A stretch of DNA of 64,000 nt from Thermoanaerobaculia bacterium. GTDB taxonomy: Bacteria; Acidobacteriota; Thermoanaerobaculia; Multivoradales; UBA5704. The position numbers and the translations under genes are program-made. Below are positions 48,396 through 57,175 of the stretch, one piece after another; position 1 is the stretch's first letter, and each line of letters opens with the position of its first letter. The DNA lies in NCBI GenBank assembly GCA_044226625.1, contig JBGAGQ010000021.1, positions 24,460-88,459 of the forward strand. Direction: 5' to 3'. A model generated the notes under the pieces. That model was not told the DNA's origin, ran no database searches, and saw only the letters and a list, made by a program, of their open reading frames with translations.

Positions 48396-49339
48396 CGAAC
48401 TTCTCCTCGGGCCGTTCCGTCACCGTCGACCCAAGCACGGTGGAGACCCTTGATGTAATGAAACCTTAGGACTTCCTCCCACGCTTTGGGGAGGGATACC
48501 GGCCAATTTTGCAAAGCGCGGACCAGCCGTTCCAACCGGCGTTGACGGGCTGCGGGAGGGAGCGGCGGGGGCCCTCCGGCGCCCACCCCGACGAACGGCC
48601 CGAGCTCCGGGTGAAGACGATAGAAGACGACGCCGCAATACCCCGCCTTCTCCTGCCGCAGGGAAAAGCGGCCGAGGTCGGTCGGATGGTCGTGAGCGAC
48701 CGTCGCCCGGCGCTCGTAGGTGAGCCGCAAGCCCTTCTTCTTCATCCGATAGGCGACTTCGATGTCCTCCCAAGCGGGATAGGGAAAACGGAGGTCGAAC
48801 GGCTCGGCTCGGAGCAGCTCGCGGGAGAGCGAGAGGTTCGAGGTGTAGAAGAAATTGAACGGCACGTCCTCCGGATCGTCGATCAGCGCGTAGCCGAACT
48901 GCAGGCCCTGCTCGTTGATGTAGCGCAGGAACGGATTCAGCCGCATGCGCGGATGCCAGCCGGTGTAGCCGATCACCGCGTGGAGTGGATCGTCGCCGCG
49001 GCGGCGATGGGCTGCGCGATGCGCCGCGAGCCATCCGGGGGCGGGGACGGTGTCGTCACCCAGAAAGGCCACCCAGGGCGCCGCCGCGGCCTCGACTCCG
49101 GCGTTCCGCGCCGCCGCGGGACCCTGATTCTCCTGGCGGAGCTGGCGGAACGGGATGGAGCCCCCTGACGCCTCGCGGCTGAGCAGGAAATCCGGCGTCG
49201 CGTCGGTCGAGCCGTCGTCGACCACCAGGATCTCGAACGGCGGCGCACCCTGCTGCCCTTCGAGCGCCGCGAGGACCTCCGGCAGCACGTCCATCCGGTT
49301 GTACGTGGGCACCACGACGGAGACCTCGGGCGTCGCCAT
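48392..49339 (-). CDS. GT2 family glycosyltransferase
   Basis: VSVVVPTYNR, VVDDGSTD, NQGPAAARNAG, FLGDD, WED; ATG 49339. Confidence 0.9.
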   Translation of the reverse strand: MATPEVSVVVPTYNRMDVLPEVLAALEGQQGAPPFEILVVDDGSTDATPDFLLSREASGGSIPFRQLRQENQGPAAARNAGVEAAAAPWVAFLGDDTVPAPGWLAAHRAAHRRRGDDPLHAVIGYTGWHPRMRLNPFLRYINEQGLQFGYALIDDPEDVPFNFFYTSNLSLSRELLRAEPFDLRFPYPAWEDIEVAYRMKKKGLRLTYERRATVAHDHPTDLGRFSLRQEKAGYCGVVFYRLHPELGPFVGVGAGGPPPLPPAARQRRLERLVRALQNWPVSLPKAWEEVLRFHYIKGLHRAWVDGDGTARGEVR

Positions 49340-49372
49340 GGCCTCGAGCTTACTGCGGGTTACCATGGGCCG

Positions 49373-50605
49373 GTGAGCCTCGACCCGTCCACCGCCCGGT
49401 TCGCCGAGGAGCTCACAGAGCGGCTCGAAGCGGCCCGCCCGGCCCTCGCCGCCCTGCCCGACGATCGGCTCGTCGCCGCCTGGAGCGAAACGGTCGAGGC
49501 CTTTCTGGATCCGCGGAGCATCGAGCGCCAAGCGCTCGATTCGTTCCTCCTTCCGGCGAGCCGACTTTCCCGCGCGGGTCTCGAGGCCGCGCTCGGTGCG
49601 GTATTGGGCGGCGTCCGCGAAGAGCCCTTCCGCGCGCTCGTCTCCGCCGCCCGGGAGCGTCCAGCGGAGGCTCCCGGCTTCGTCTTCGCGATCCTCGCCG
49701 GCAATCTTCCGGGGCTCGCCGTTCAGCCGCTCTCCGCCGCGGTCGCCCTGCGGCGCCCCGCGCTGCTCAAATCTTCCTCCGCCGAGCCCTCGTTCGCCCC
49801 GGCGTTCGTCGCAGCGCTCGTCGGTCGCGAGCCGGCATTCTCCGCCTATGCCGCCGCGACCTGGACCGGCGGCGATCGCCGGATCGAGGATCCGCTCTTC
49901 GCGCAGGCCGCCCGCGTGCTGGCCTACGGCGACCAGCGAACCCTGGACGATCTCGCCGCGCGCATACCGGACAAGCTCTTCGGCTACGGCCCAAAAGCGA
50001 GCCTCGGGATCGTGGGGGCGGTCGACCCCCGCGACCTGCCCGCCCTCGCCGCGGGGGTAGCGCGCGACGTCGCCCTGTTCGACCAACGCGGCTGCCTTTC
50101 GATCGGCTCGGTTTACACGAGCCTTCCCCTCGATGGCGCGATCGAGCTCGCGCGGGCGATCGCCGCCGAGCTGGGTCGTCTGGCGACGCTCTGGCCGCCG
50201 GGGCCGACCGACCCGCGGACCCTCGCCGCCGTCCAGCAGCTGCGCTTGGCGGCCGATCTTCGTGGGGTCCGCCGGTTCGGCGCGGCGCTTCGGGAGGGAA
50301 CGGTGTTGGTCGAGGCCGATCCGCGGTTCGCCCCGTCCCCGGGGGGGCGGACGGTCCCCGTCCAACCGCTCGACGAGCTGGCCCGAATCCCCGACCTGCT
50401 CGAGCCCTGGGCCGGAGCCATTCAGGGAGCCGCCCTGGCCGGCGCGGACGCCGAGGCGCTTCGCCCCGCGCTCGCCGCGCTCGGCGTTTCGCGTTTCGCT
50501 CCGCCCGGCGAGCTGCAGCGCCCCGACGCCTCTTGGCACAACGGCGGCGTCCATCCGTTGGACGCCCTGCTCGGCGGTGCGCGGGGAAGCGCCGCGAGAG
50601 CTTAG
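49373..50605 (+). CDS. Acyl-CoA reductase, LuxC-like
   Basis: ILAGN.P, LLKSSS, AYG, YGPKAS, FDQRGCLS catalytic Cys, GVSRF...G.LQ.P...WHNGG. Confidence 0.8.
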   Translation: MSLDPSTARFAEELTERLEAARPALAALPDDRLVAAWSETVEAFLDPRSIERQALDSFLLPASRLSRAGLEAALGAVLGGVREEPFRALVSAARERPAEAPGFVFAILAGNLPGLAVQPLSAAVALRRPALLKSSSAEPSFAPAFVAALVGREPAFSAYAAATWTGGDRRIEDPLFAQAARVLAYGDQRTLDDLAARIPDKLFGYGPKASLGIVGAVDPRDLPALAAGVARDVALFDQRGCLSIGSVYTSLPLDGAIELARAIAAELGRLATLWPPGPTDPRTLAAVQQLRLAADLRGVRRFGAALREGTVLVEADPRFAPSPGGRTVPVQPLDELARIPDLLEPWAGAIQGAALAGADAEALRPALAALGVSRFAPPGELQRPDASWHNGGVHPLDALLGGARGSAARA

Positions 50606-50651
50606 AGCGGCCGGAGGCGGTTTCGGGGCCCCTCGGTCTATGCTTCCCGCC

Positions 50652-51554
50652 ATGCAGACCACCGAGGGTTTCGTGTTCGTCCGTCCGGGGCTCCACCTGT
50701 ATTACCGCACGGTGGGCGACGGGCCGGAGGTCGTCCTGATTCCGAACGCGAACTGGCTCTCCGAGCTGCTCACGCCGCTCGCCGCGGGGAGGACTCTGCT
50801 GTTCTACGACCCTAGGAGCCGGGGCCGGTCGAGCGCGGTGTCCGATCCGCGCCAGCTCTCGCTCGAGGCCGACGTCGAGGACCTCGAGGCGGTCCGGCGC
50901 TTTTTCGGCGTCGAACGGCTGTCGCTCCTCGGCAGCAGCTACCACGCGGCGATCGCCGCCCAATACGCGATCGAGAATCCCGGGCGGATCGAGCGCGTGG
51001 CGCTGGTCTGTCCGATCACGCCGCGGATTCCGGGCGAGTGGGCCCAGGAGCTTCCCGCGCCCGAGATCCTGATCTACCCGCCCGGCGTGCCGAAGCTCGA
51101 GGCGCTGCGGCAGGCTGAGGTCGATCGGCTCGACCCGGTCGCCTTTTGCCACGCCTGGTTTTCTCACTTCCTGCTGCCGGCCCAGCTCAGCGATCCCGGG
51201 TCGATCGAGCGTTTCCCGCTCGCGGACGTCGCGGCCTTTCCGAACGAGTGGCCCCAGCACACCATGCCGCTCTACTTCCGCGACATCGTGCCGAAAATGG
51301 GCCGCTGGGATTTCCGTCCGGGATTGGCCCGGCTCGCGGCGCCGCTCCTGGTGATCCAGGGGACCGACGATCTCGTGCCGGTCCAGGCGTCGGAGGAGTG
51401 GGCGGCCCATGCGCCCGAGGCGCGCTTCCTATCGATCGAAGAGGCCGGCCATCATCCCTACCTCGAAACGCCGGACGAGCTCTTCCCCGCGATGGAGACG
51501 TTTCTGTCGGGCCGCTGGCCCACGGCCGCGAAGGTCGGTCGCCGCGCCGCTTGA
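50652..51554 (+). CDS. Alpha/beta hydrolase (proline iminopeptidase-like)
   Basis: YDPRSRGRS, D.EAVR..FG.ER..LLGSSYH nucleophile elbow, GTDD acid, AGHHPYLE His. Confidence 0.85.
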   Translation: MQTTEGFVFVRPGLHLYYRTVGDGPEVVLIPNANWLSELLTPLAAGRTLLFYDPRSRGRSSAVSDPRQLSLEADVEDLEAVRRFFGVERLSLLGSSYHAAIAAQYAIENPGRIERVALVCPITPRIPGEWAQELPAPEILIYPPGVPKLEALRQAEVDRLDPVAFCHAWFSHFLLPAQLSDPGSIERFPLADVAAFPNEWPQHTMPLYFRDIVPKMGRWDFRPGLARLAAPLLVIQGTDDLVPVQASEEWAAHAPEARFLSIEEAGHHPYLETPDELFPAMETFLSGRWPTAAKVGRRAA

Positions 51555-51587
51555 AGCTCGATCCGGGAGCGAATCTCTAAGGGTTCG

Positions 51588-52604
51588 CTACCGGACCTCG
51601 AACGGGTAGTCGCCGACTTTGCGGCTCCGGCCATCGGCATTCGTCGACAGGATGACCCGATAGCGACCCTTGCCGAGCTTCGACGGATGGAGCAGGAAGG
51701 TAATGCCGCCCTGGGTCTTGTCGAAGCGGGCGGAGCTCGAAAACACCTTGCCTCCCGCATTGCGCACTTCGAGCTCGTAGCGGTCGGCCGGCGACTCTCC
51801 TTCGTCCAGGGCGGGATCGAGGATCAGCAAGAGGTTGTCGTTCTTCGCGGAAAACGGCTGGACCGACTCCTCGAGCCCTCCCCGGGCTACGTCGGACGAA
51901 AGGGCCTCGACGAGCACGTTGCCGCTGCCGAAATCGGCCACCGCCTCGGCCGCTCCGCCCGGCGCCGTGGCTGCCGTGGACGCTGGAGCTCCGCTTTCGG
52001 TCCCGCCGGCCGCGGGCCGCTCCGCCAGCCGGCGCTCGAGCTCCCGCGACTCGGTGCGCAGCCGCTCGGCTTCTTTCTGCGTCGCGGCCTGTTGCGCTTC
52101 GGCCGAAACCACCTGCGCTCCTAGCGACCGGCGCGCCGTTTCGCTGTTCATCCAGCCCGACAGCGCGACGACTCCGCCGAGCGCGGCGGCGAGCGCCGAG
52201 ACCTGCCAGGTCCGCAAGGCACGACGCGGGACGACCATGGGCATCGGAGCGGGGCCCGATGCGGCGCGAACGTTGGGCCGCAGCAGGACCACGTCCGGCT
52301 CCTCGGCGAGGCGACGGCTGGTTCGGATCAGCTCGAGCTCGGCCGAGCACTCGGCGCAGTCTTCGAGATGGCGCTCGATCAGGCCGCTGTCCAGCCCCTC
52401 GGGTGTCCGATCCCAGGCGTAGTCGACCAACGCTTCCGACGGCACGTGGGCGGAGAAGATGCGATAACCGAGACGGGTCTCCTCGAGCGCGGCACGGCAG
52501 GCGACGCAATCGGCCAGATGGCCGTGGATCTCCGCCCGCTCCGTCGGGTCGAGGGAGCCGTTCAAGTACCAGGGCAGACGCTCGATGGCTTCATCGCAGA
52601 TCAT
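51588..52604 (-). CDS. Membrane-bound anti-sigma factor with two zf-HC2 (ZAS) motifs
   Basis: MICDEAIERLPWY...HLADCVAC and H.PSEALVDY...HLEDCAEC, then a TM helix, coiled coil and C-terminal beta domain. ATG 52604 fits the RBS better than 52610. Confidence 0.85.
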   Translation of the reverse strand: MICDEAIERLPWYLNGSLDPTERAEIHGHLADCVACRAALEETRLGYRIFSAHVPSEALVDYAWDRTPEGLDSGLIERHLEDCAECSAELELIRTSRRLAEEPDVVLLRPNVRAASGPAPMPMVVPRRALRTWQVSALAAALGGVVALSGWMNSETARRSLGAQVVSAEAQQAATQKEAERLRTESRELERRLAERPAAGGTESGAPASTAATAPGGAAEAVADFGSGNVLVEALSSDVARGGLEESVQPFSAKNDNLLLILDPALDEGESPADRYELEVRNAGGKVFSSSARFDKTQGGITFLLHPSKLGKGRYRVILSTNADGRSRKVGDYPFEVR

Positions 52605-53247
52605 TCGCATTCCCTCCGCCCTTGATAGGCGCGGTCCGCGCCGATCCGTTACCGCGGACGCCCGCGAGCAACTGGGATCGCACGCGCGTCGCCTTCTCCC
52701 GGCAGCGCAGGACGCGCACGCGGAGGGTTCCTTCGGAGACCGACATCCGGTCGCTCATCTCCCGGTAGGAGGCGCCGGAGGCCAGCATCCGCCACATCGA
52801 ACGGCATTCGTCCGGGACCCGGTCGAGCACTCGGATCAGCAGGTCGCGGTCGACCCCCACCTCCGCCGCGCCGGGGCCGGGGGCGAGCGGCTGCTCGGAG
52901 CTCGAGAGGGCTTCCAGGTCTTCCGTCGGCTTACGGCTCAAGGCCCGGACCTGATCGACACAGGTGTGCGAGACCACCCGAAACAGGTAGGTCTTGAGGC
53001 TCGAGTCGCCGTTGAACCGCCCCTGGCCGAGCAGGCGGGTGATCTCCAGGCGGACGTCCTGGAGCAGATCGTCCCATCGATGGGCCAAGCGGCGCCGGAA
53101 CGGCCAGGCCGCCCGCGCGATCCAGCCGTCGATGGTGCGGATCGCCTGGCGATCGCCGGCGAGATACCGCTGCGCCAGATCCGTCTCGTCGTCGGCCGCG
53201 GTCCGCGAGATCCAGGACAGAGGCCGGAGCGCTTCATCGAAAGCCAT
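52591..53247 (-). CDS. ECF RNA polymerase sigma factor (copy 2)
   Basis: Region 2 DDLLQDV...F.G.SSLKTYLFRVVSHTCVD; region 4 SYREMSDRMSVSEGTLRVRVLRCR. Confidence 0.92.
   Translation of the reverse strand: MAFDEALRPLSWISRTAADDETDLAQRYLAGDRQAIRTIDGWIARAAWPFRRRLAHRWDDLLQDVRLEITRLLGQGRFNGDSSLKTYLFRVVSHTCVDQVRALSRKPTEDLEALSSSEQPLAPGPGAAEVGVDRDLLIRVLDRVPDECRSMWRMLASGASYREMSDRMSVSEGTLRVRVLRCREKATRVRSQLLAGVRGNGSARTAPIKGGGNANDLR
52626..52653 (-). promoter_or_regulatory. Putative ECF promoter inside the 3' end of sigma copy 2, facing the anti-sigma gene
   Basis: GGTAAC-N15-GCGCCTA ending 22 nt before the downstream ATG; identical boxes and spacing at 53269-53296. Confidence 0.55.
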
Positions 53248-53854
53248 TCGCAGTTCCTCCGCGGCGTTTAGGCGCGGAAGCGCTCTCGATGTTACCGACC
53301 CGCTCCATCGGCGGCACGCCGAGCAGCTCGGCCCGGGCGGTCGTCGCCTTCTCGCGACAGCGAAGGACGCGCACCCGGAGCGTTCCCTCGGCGACCGTGA
53401 GCCGGTCGCCCATCTCCTTATAGGACATCCCCGCGGCGAGCATGCGCCACAGGTTCCGGCAGTCGTAGGGAACGCGGTCGAGGACGCGGAGCAGGAGGTC
53501 CCGCTCGACGCGGGTCTCGGCGGCGCTCGGGCCTTCGGAATGCGGTTGCTCGGCCCCGTCGAGCTCGTCCAGGTCCTCCCACTTGTGCTTGTTCTGCGCC
53601 CGCACCTGGTCGAGGCAGGTATGCGACACGACCCGCCAGAGGTAGGTCTTCAGGCTCGAGTCGCCGCGGAACTTCCCCTGCCCGAGAAGGCGGGTGACCT
53701 CCAGGCGGATCTCCTGGAGCACGTCGTCCCAGCGGTGGGCGAGGCGGCGCTGATAGGGCCAAGCCGCACGGGCGATCCAACCGTCGATCGTCGAGATGGA
53801 GGAGCGCTCGCCTCCCAGGAATCCACGGACGACCTCCTCATCCTCCCCTTGCAT
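53234..53854 (-). CDS. ECF RNA polymerase sigma factor (copy 1)
   Basis: AAGGAGG RBS and ATG 53854; IDGWIARAAWP..RRLAHRWDD, SSLKTYLWRVVSHTC, EGTLRVRVLRCREKAT; close paralog of copy 2. Confidence 0.92.
   Translation of the reverse strand: MQGEDEEVVRGFLGGERSSISTIDGWIARAAWPYQRRLAHRWDDVLQEIRLEVTRLLGQGKFRGDSSLKTYLWRVVSHTCLDQVRAQNKHKWEDLDELDGAEQPHSEGPSAAETRVERDLLLRVLDRVPYDCRNLWRMLAAGMSYKEMGDRLTVAEGTLRVRVLRCREKATTARAELLGVPPMERVGNIESASAPKRRGGTANGFR
53269..53296 (-). promoter_or_regulatory. Putative ECF promoter inside the 3' end of sigma copy 1, facing sigma copy 2
   Basis: GGTAAC-N15-GCGCCTA; the boxes are conserved between paralogs while the spacer has diverged. Confidence 0.55.
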
Positions 53855-53987
53855 GCTTCCGGGCGCCTCCTTTGACCGCTCGATCTTAGCCGCAAACGGC
53901 GGGGCTTCCGAGGCATCCCGGACTACAATCGGCTGCGGCGACCGAAGGTTCGAGCTTCGCGGTCCCTTCCCCTCTCGTGGAGCCGAA

Positions 53988-56900
53988 GTGACCCAAGACT
54001 TCCTCCCCGCCGTCCTCCGACGCGCACCGAACGCCCGGCGCATCGGTCGGCGTCTACGGCGTGCGATCCTCCTCGGCGCTTGGATCGGATGCGTCGCCGC
54101 GGCAGCCGAGACGATCGAGCCGGTCCGGATCGCCGTCGGGCAGAGCGTCGAGATCGAGCTCTCGGCGGGCGTGCCACGCTCTTTTGACCTCGAGGTCGGC
54201 GCGGGCGAATACGTCCAGGTCGTTTTTTCGCCCAGGCCGGGGATCTCGATCCGGGCGTCTCTCGAAGATCCTGCCCAACGCACGGTCGCAAGCGCGGAGA
54301 TCGCCGCCACCCAGGTGCTCTGCGGCATCACGGACTCCGCGGGACTCGCGACGCTTTCGATCGAGCTCGCTCCGGCGAGCGCCCCCGGCCGGCTCACGGT
54401 GGAGCGCGAGATCGGCCGCCCGGCGCGTCCGGGCGATCCGGACCACTGCGCGGGCGACCGCGCGTACTGGCAAGGTCGAGCCGCGGAGCGACGGGGTGAG
54501 ATCGCCGCGGCGCTCGAGGGCTACGAAAGCGCGCTCGCGAGCTACCGAAAGGCGGACGACCTCGCCGGCCAGGTCCAGGCGCTCTTCCGCTCCGGCCGGG
54601 CCCTCGGCGCCCGCGGCGGGCCGGGCGACGACGCGCGCGAACGGACGATGTACGACCAGGCCCTCCCTCTCGCCGAGCGGCTTGCCGACCTCGCGTCGAC
54701 CGATCTTCCGGCCGCGAGCGCCTGCGCGAACCTCTGGGGCACCGTCGGCCGGCTCCATCTGGAACGCGGCGACTCCGACGGCGCGCAAGCCTTCTACGAC
54801 CGGGCGGTCGCGGTGGCGCGGGCCTGGCCGGACGACCTCGACCTCCCTTCCCGTCTCAAGTACATGGCCGACGCGGCCCGGCAGGCGGGCGATCGGTCCG
54901 CCGCGTCGGCGGGCTATCTCGAGACGCTCGCGCTCGCCGGGAAGAATCCAGTGCTCGCCGCGCAGGCGGAGATCGGCCTCGGCCAGATCGCCGATCGTTT
55001 GGAAGAGGCGCTCGCCCATTTCGACGTCGCCGCGGCCTCCGTGCCGGAGAGCCTCGAGATCGCGTTCCTCACCCGCCACGAGCGGTGCGTGGCGCTCTCG
55101 CGTTTCGGCGCCCTCGGCGAGGCGCTCCAGGAATGCCAGACCGCCCTCCTCCTCGCCTGCGCGACGTCGGGCGCGAAAGGCAACGAGGCCGCGAGCCTCA
55201 ACAACCTCGGCAGCCTCTACGTCGACCTCGGCTCCTACGACAAGGCGGCCGCGCAATTCGAGCAGGCCGAGACGTTCTTCCGCTCGTTCGGCGAGACCGG
55301 CAACGCCGGCGACGCGCTGTTGAACCGGGGGATCGCCGAGGTCGCGCTCGGCCGGTTCGATCCGGCGGAGAAGCGTCTGGAAGAGGCGCTCGCGATCGCG
55401 CGGGACGGGCATGACGACCGGAGCCAGGGCGTTGCGCTCGTCCAGCTCGGCCGTTGGGATCTGCTGCGGCCGAACGGCGATCCGGAACGGGCGCGCGGCC
55501 GGCTGTCCGAGGCGCTCGAGCTCGCCACCCGAACCCGCGCGGCCGATCTCGAAGCCGACGCCCGGCTGGAGCTTTCCTCGGCGCTCGACCGCCTCGGCCG
55601 GTCCGACGAAGCGCTCGCGGAGCTCGAAACCGCCTCCGGGCTCGCCGCCACGCTCCAGGATCCGATCCGGCAGTCGGCCGTGCTCACCCGCCGCGCCGAG
55701 ATCCTGCTCGACCGTGGCGCGCTCGACGCCGCCCTCGCGGCGATCGACGAGGCGGTGCGGAAAGTCGACGCTCTGCGCGCCGAGGCGACCTCGGGCTTTC
55801 GCGCCTCGTTCCTCGCCCGACGACGCCGGACGTTCGAGCTACAGGTCGAGATCCTGATGCGGCTCCACGAGGCGAAGCCGGGTGAGGGATACGACGTTCG
55901 GGCTTTCGAGGCGAGCGAGTCGGCCCGCGCGCGCAGCCTCCTCGACCTGCTCGCCGAACGTCGAGCCGGCGGCGAGGCCGTTGCGGCGCGGGCGCTTTCG
56001 GCGTCGCAGATCCGCGCCGCGCTCGGGCCGGGCGAGCTGCTGCTCGAATTCCTCCGCTCCCAGGACGCGACCTTTCTCTTCGCGGTGCGCAGCGAATCGC
56101 TCGCCGCGTTTCGCCTCGACGCCCGAGCGATCGGCGGGACGCTGCGCAACTTCACCGGCGCGCTCGCCGATCCGCGCAGCCTCGCGCCCGGCCTCCGCCT
56201 CGCCGGCTCGAAGCTCTACCGCGCGCTGCTCGGACCGGTGGACGGCCCGATCGCGGAAGCCCGGAGACTGATCGTCGCGGCGGACGGCGATCTCTACGAC
56301 CTGCCTTTCGAGACCCTGGTCGCACCCGTTCGGGCCGACGCCGCGGCCGGTTTTCTGATCGAGCGGCTGCCGATCTCCTACGTCCCCTCGGCGAGCATTC
56401 TCGCCCGGTTGGGCGACCTGCCGCTTCGGGAGGGACCCGACTTCGTCGGTTTCGCCGCTCCGAATCCGGGCGGAGGGCTGCCCGCCTTGCCCAAGGTGGA
56501 GGACGAGGTCCTGCGAATCGCCGCCCTGTTCCCCGGCCGCAGCCGCACGTTTCTCGGCGCAGAGGCGACGGAAGGCCGGTTTCGCGCCGAGCTGCCCGCG
56601 GTCGGCACGGCCAAGCGCCTACATTTCGCGGCCCACGGCTATCTTTCGGAAGATCCCGAGCAGATGGGCATCCACCTTTCCCCCGATCCGGCGCGAAGGG
56701 GCGACGGCCTCCTCCAGGCGTTCGAAATCCTCGGGCTCGACCTCCACGCCGACCTGGTGGTGCTCTCCGCCTGCGAGACCGCCCGAGGCCAGCGGGTGCC
56801 CGGCGAGGGAACCCTCGGCCTGCCGCGCGCCTTTTTCTATGCCGGGGCGAAGAGCGTCGTGGTGAGCCTCTGGCGGGCGGAAGACCGCGCGACCGCCGCC

Positions 56901-57044
56901 CTCATGGAGTCGTTCTACCGCGCCCTTGCCGGCGGGGCCGACAAGGCCGAGGCGCTCCGCCGGGCCAAGCTCGATCGCCTCGCCGTCGGCGACGTCCCGC
57001 GCCAGTGGGCGCCGTTCGTTCTGGTCGGCTCGCCGGTGCGGTAA
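53988..57044 (+). CDS. Secreted TPR-CHAT (caspase HetF-associated) protease
   Basis: GTG 53988 after GGAG; Arg-rich n-region and hydrophobic signal; beta-rich N-domain; many TPRs; CHAT dyad LHFAAHG and LVVLSACET; VVSLW and WAPF motifs. Confidence 0.9.
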   Translation: MTQDFLPAVLRRAPNARRIGRRLRRAILLGAWIGCVAAAAETIEPVRIAVGQSVEIELSAGVPRSFDLEVGAGEYVQVVFSPRPGISIRASLEDPAQRTVASAEIAATQVLCGITDSAGLATLSIELAPASAPGRLTVEREIGRPARPGDPDHCAGDRAYWQGRAAERRGEIAAALEGYESALASYRKADDLAGQVQALFRSGRALGARGGPGDDARERTMYDQALPLAERLADLASTDLPAASACANLWGTVGRLHLERGDSDGAQAFYDRAVAVARAWPDDLDLPSRLKYMADAARQAGDRSAASAGYLETLALAGKNPVLAAQAEIGLGQIADRLEEALAHFDVAAASVPESLEIAFLTRHERCVALSRFGALGEALQECQTALLLACATSGAKGNEAASLNNLGSLYVDLGSYDKAAAQFEQAETFFRSFGETGNAGDALLNRGIAEVALGRFDPAEKRLEEALAIARDGHDDRSQGVALVQLGRWDLLRPNGDPERARGRLSEALELATRTRAADLEADARLELSSALDRLGRSDEALAELETASGLAATLQDPIRQSAVLTRRAEILLDRGALDAALAAIDEAVRKVDALRAEATSGFRASFLARRRRTFELQVEILMRLHEAKPGEGYDVRAFEASESARARSLLDLLAERRAGGEAVAARALSASQIRAALGPGELLLEFLRSQDATFLFAVRSESLAAFRLDARAIGGTLRNFTGALADPRSLAPGLRLAGSKLYRALLGPVDGPIAEARRLIVAADGDLYDLPFETLVAPVRADAAAGFLIERLPISYVPSASILARLGDLPLREGPDFVGFAAPNPGGGLPALPKVEDEVLRIAALFPGRSRTFLGAEATEGRFRAELPAVGTAKRLHFAAHGYLSEDPEQMGIHLSPDPARRGDGLLQAFEILGLDLHADLVVLSACETARGQRVPGEGTLGLPRAFFYAGAKSVVVSLWRAEDRATAALMESFYRALAGGADKAEALRRAKLDRLAVGDVPRQWAPFVLVGSPVR

Positions 57045-57175
57045 CCTTTGGCAACGATCGACCGCCCAAGGCAGTGACGCCATTTCAGGGGTTCGCGAAC
57101 TTACGGATCGGCCATTTGGGCCGCCGTGACGTGGACCCCGCCTTGCCAGACATTTCCAAAGGGAGGACGCACACC

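Noticed and set aside
49373-50605. Bioluminescence (lux) operon
   Set aside because: Only a LuxC-like gene; no luxA, luxB or luxE in the window.
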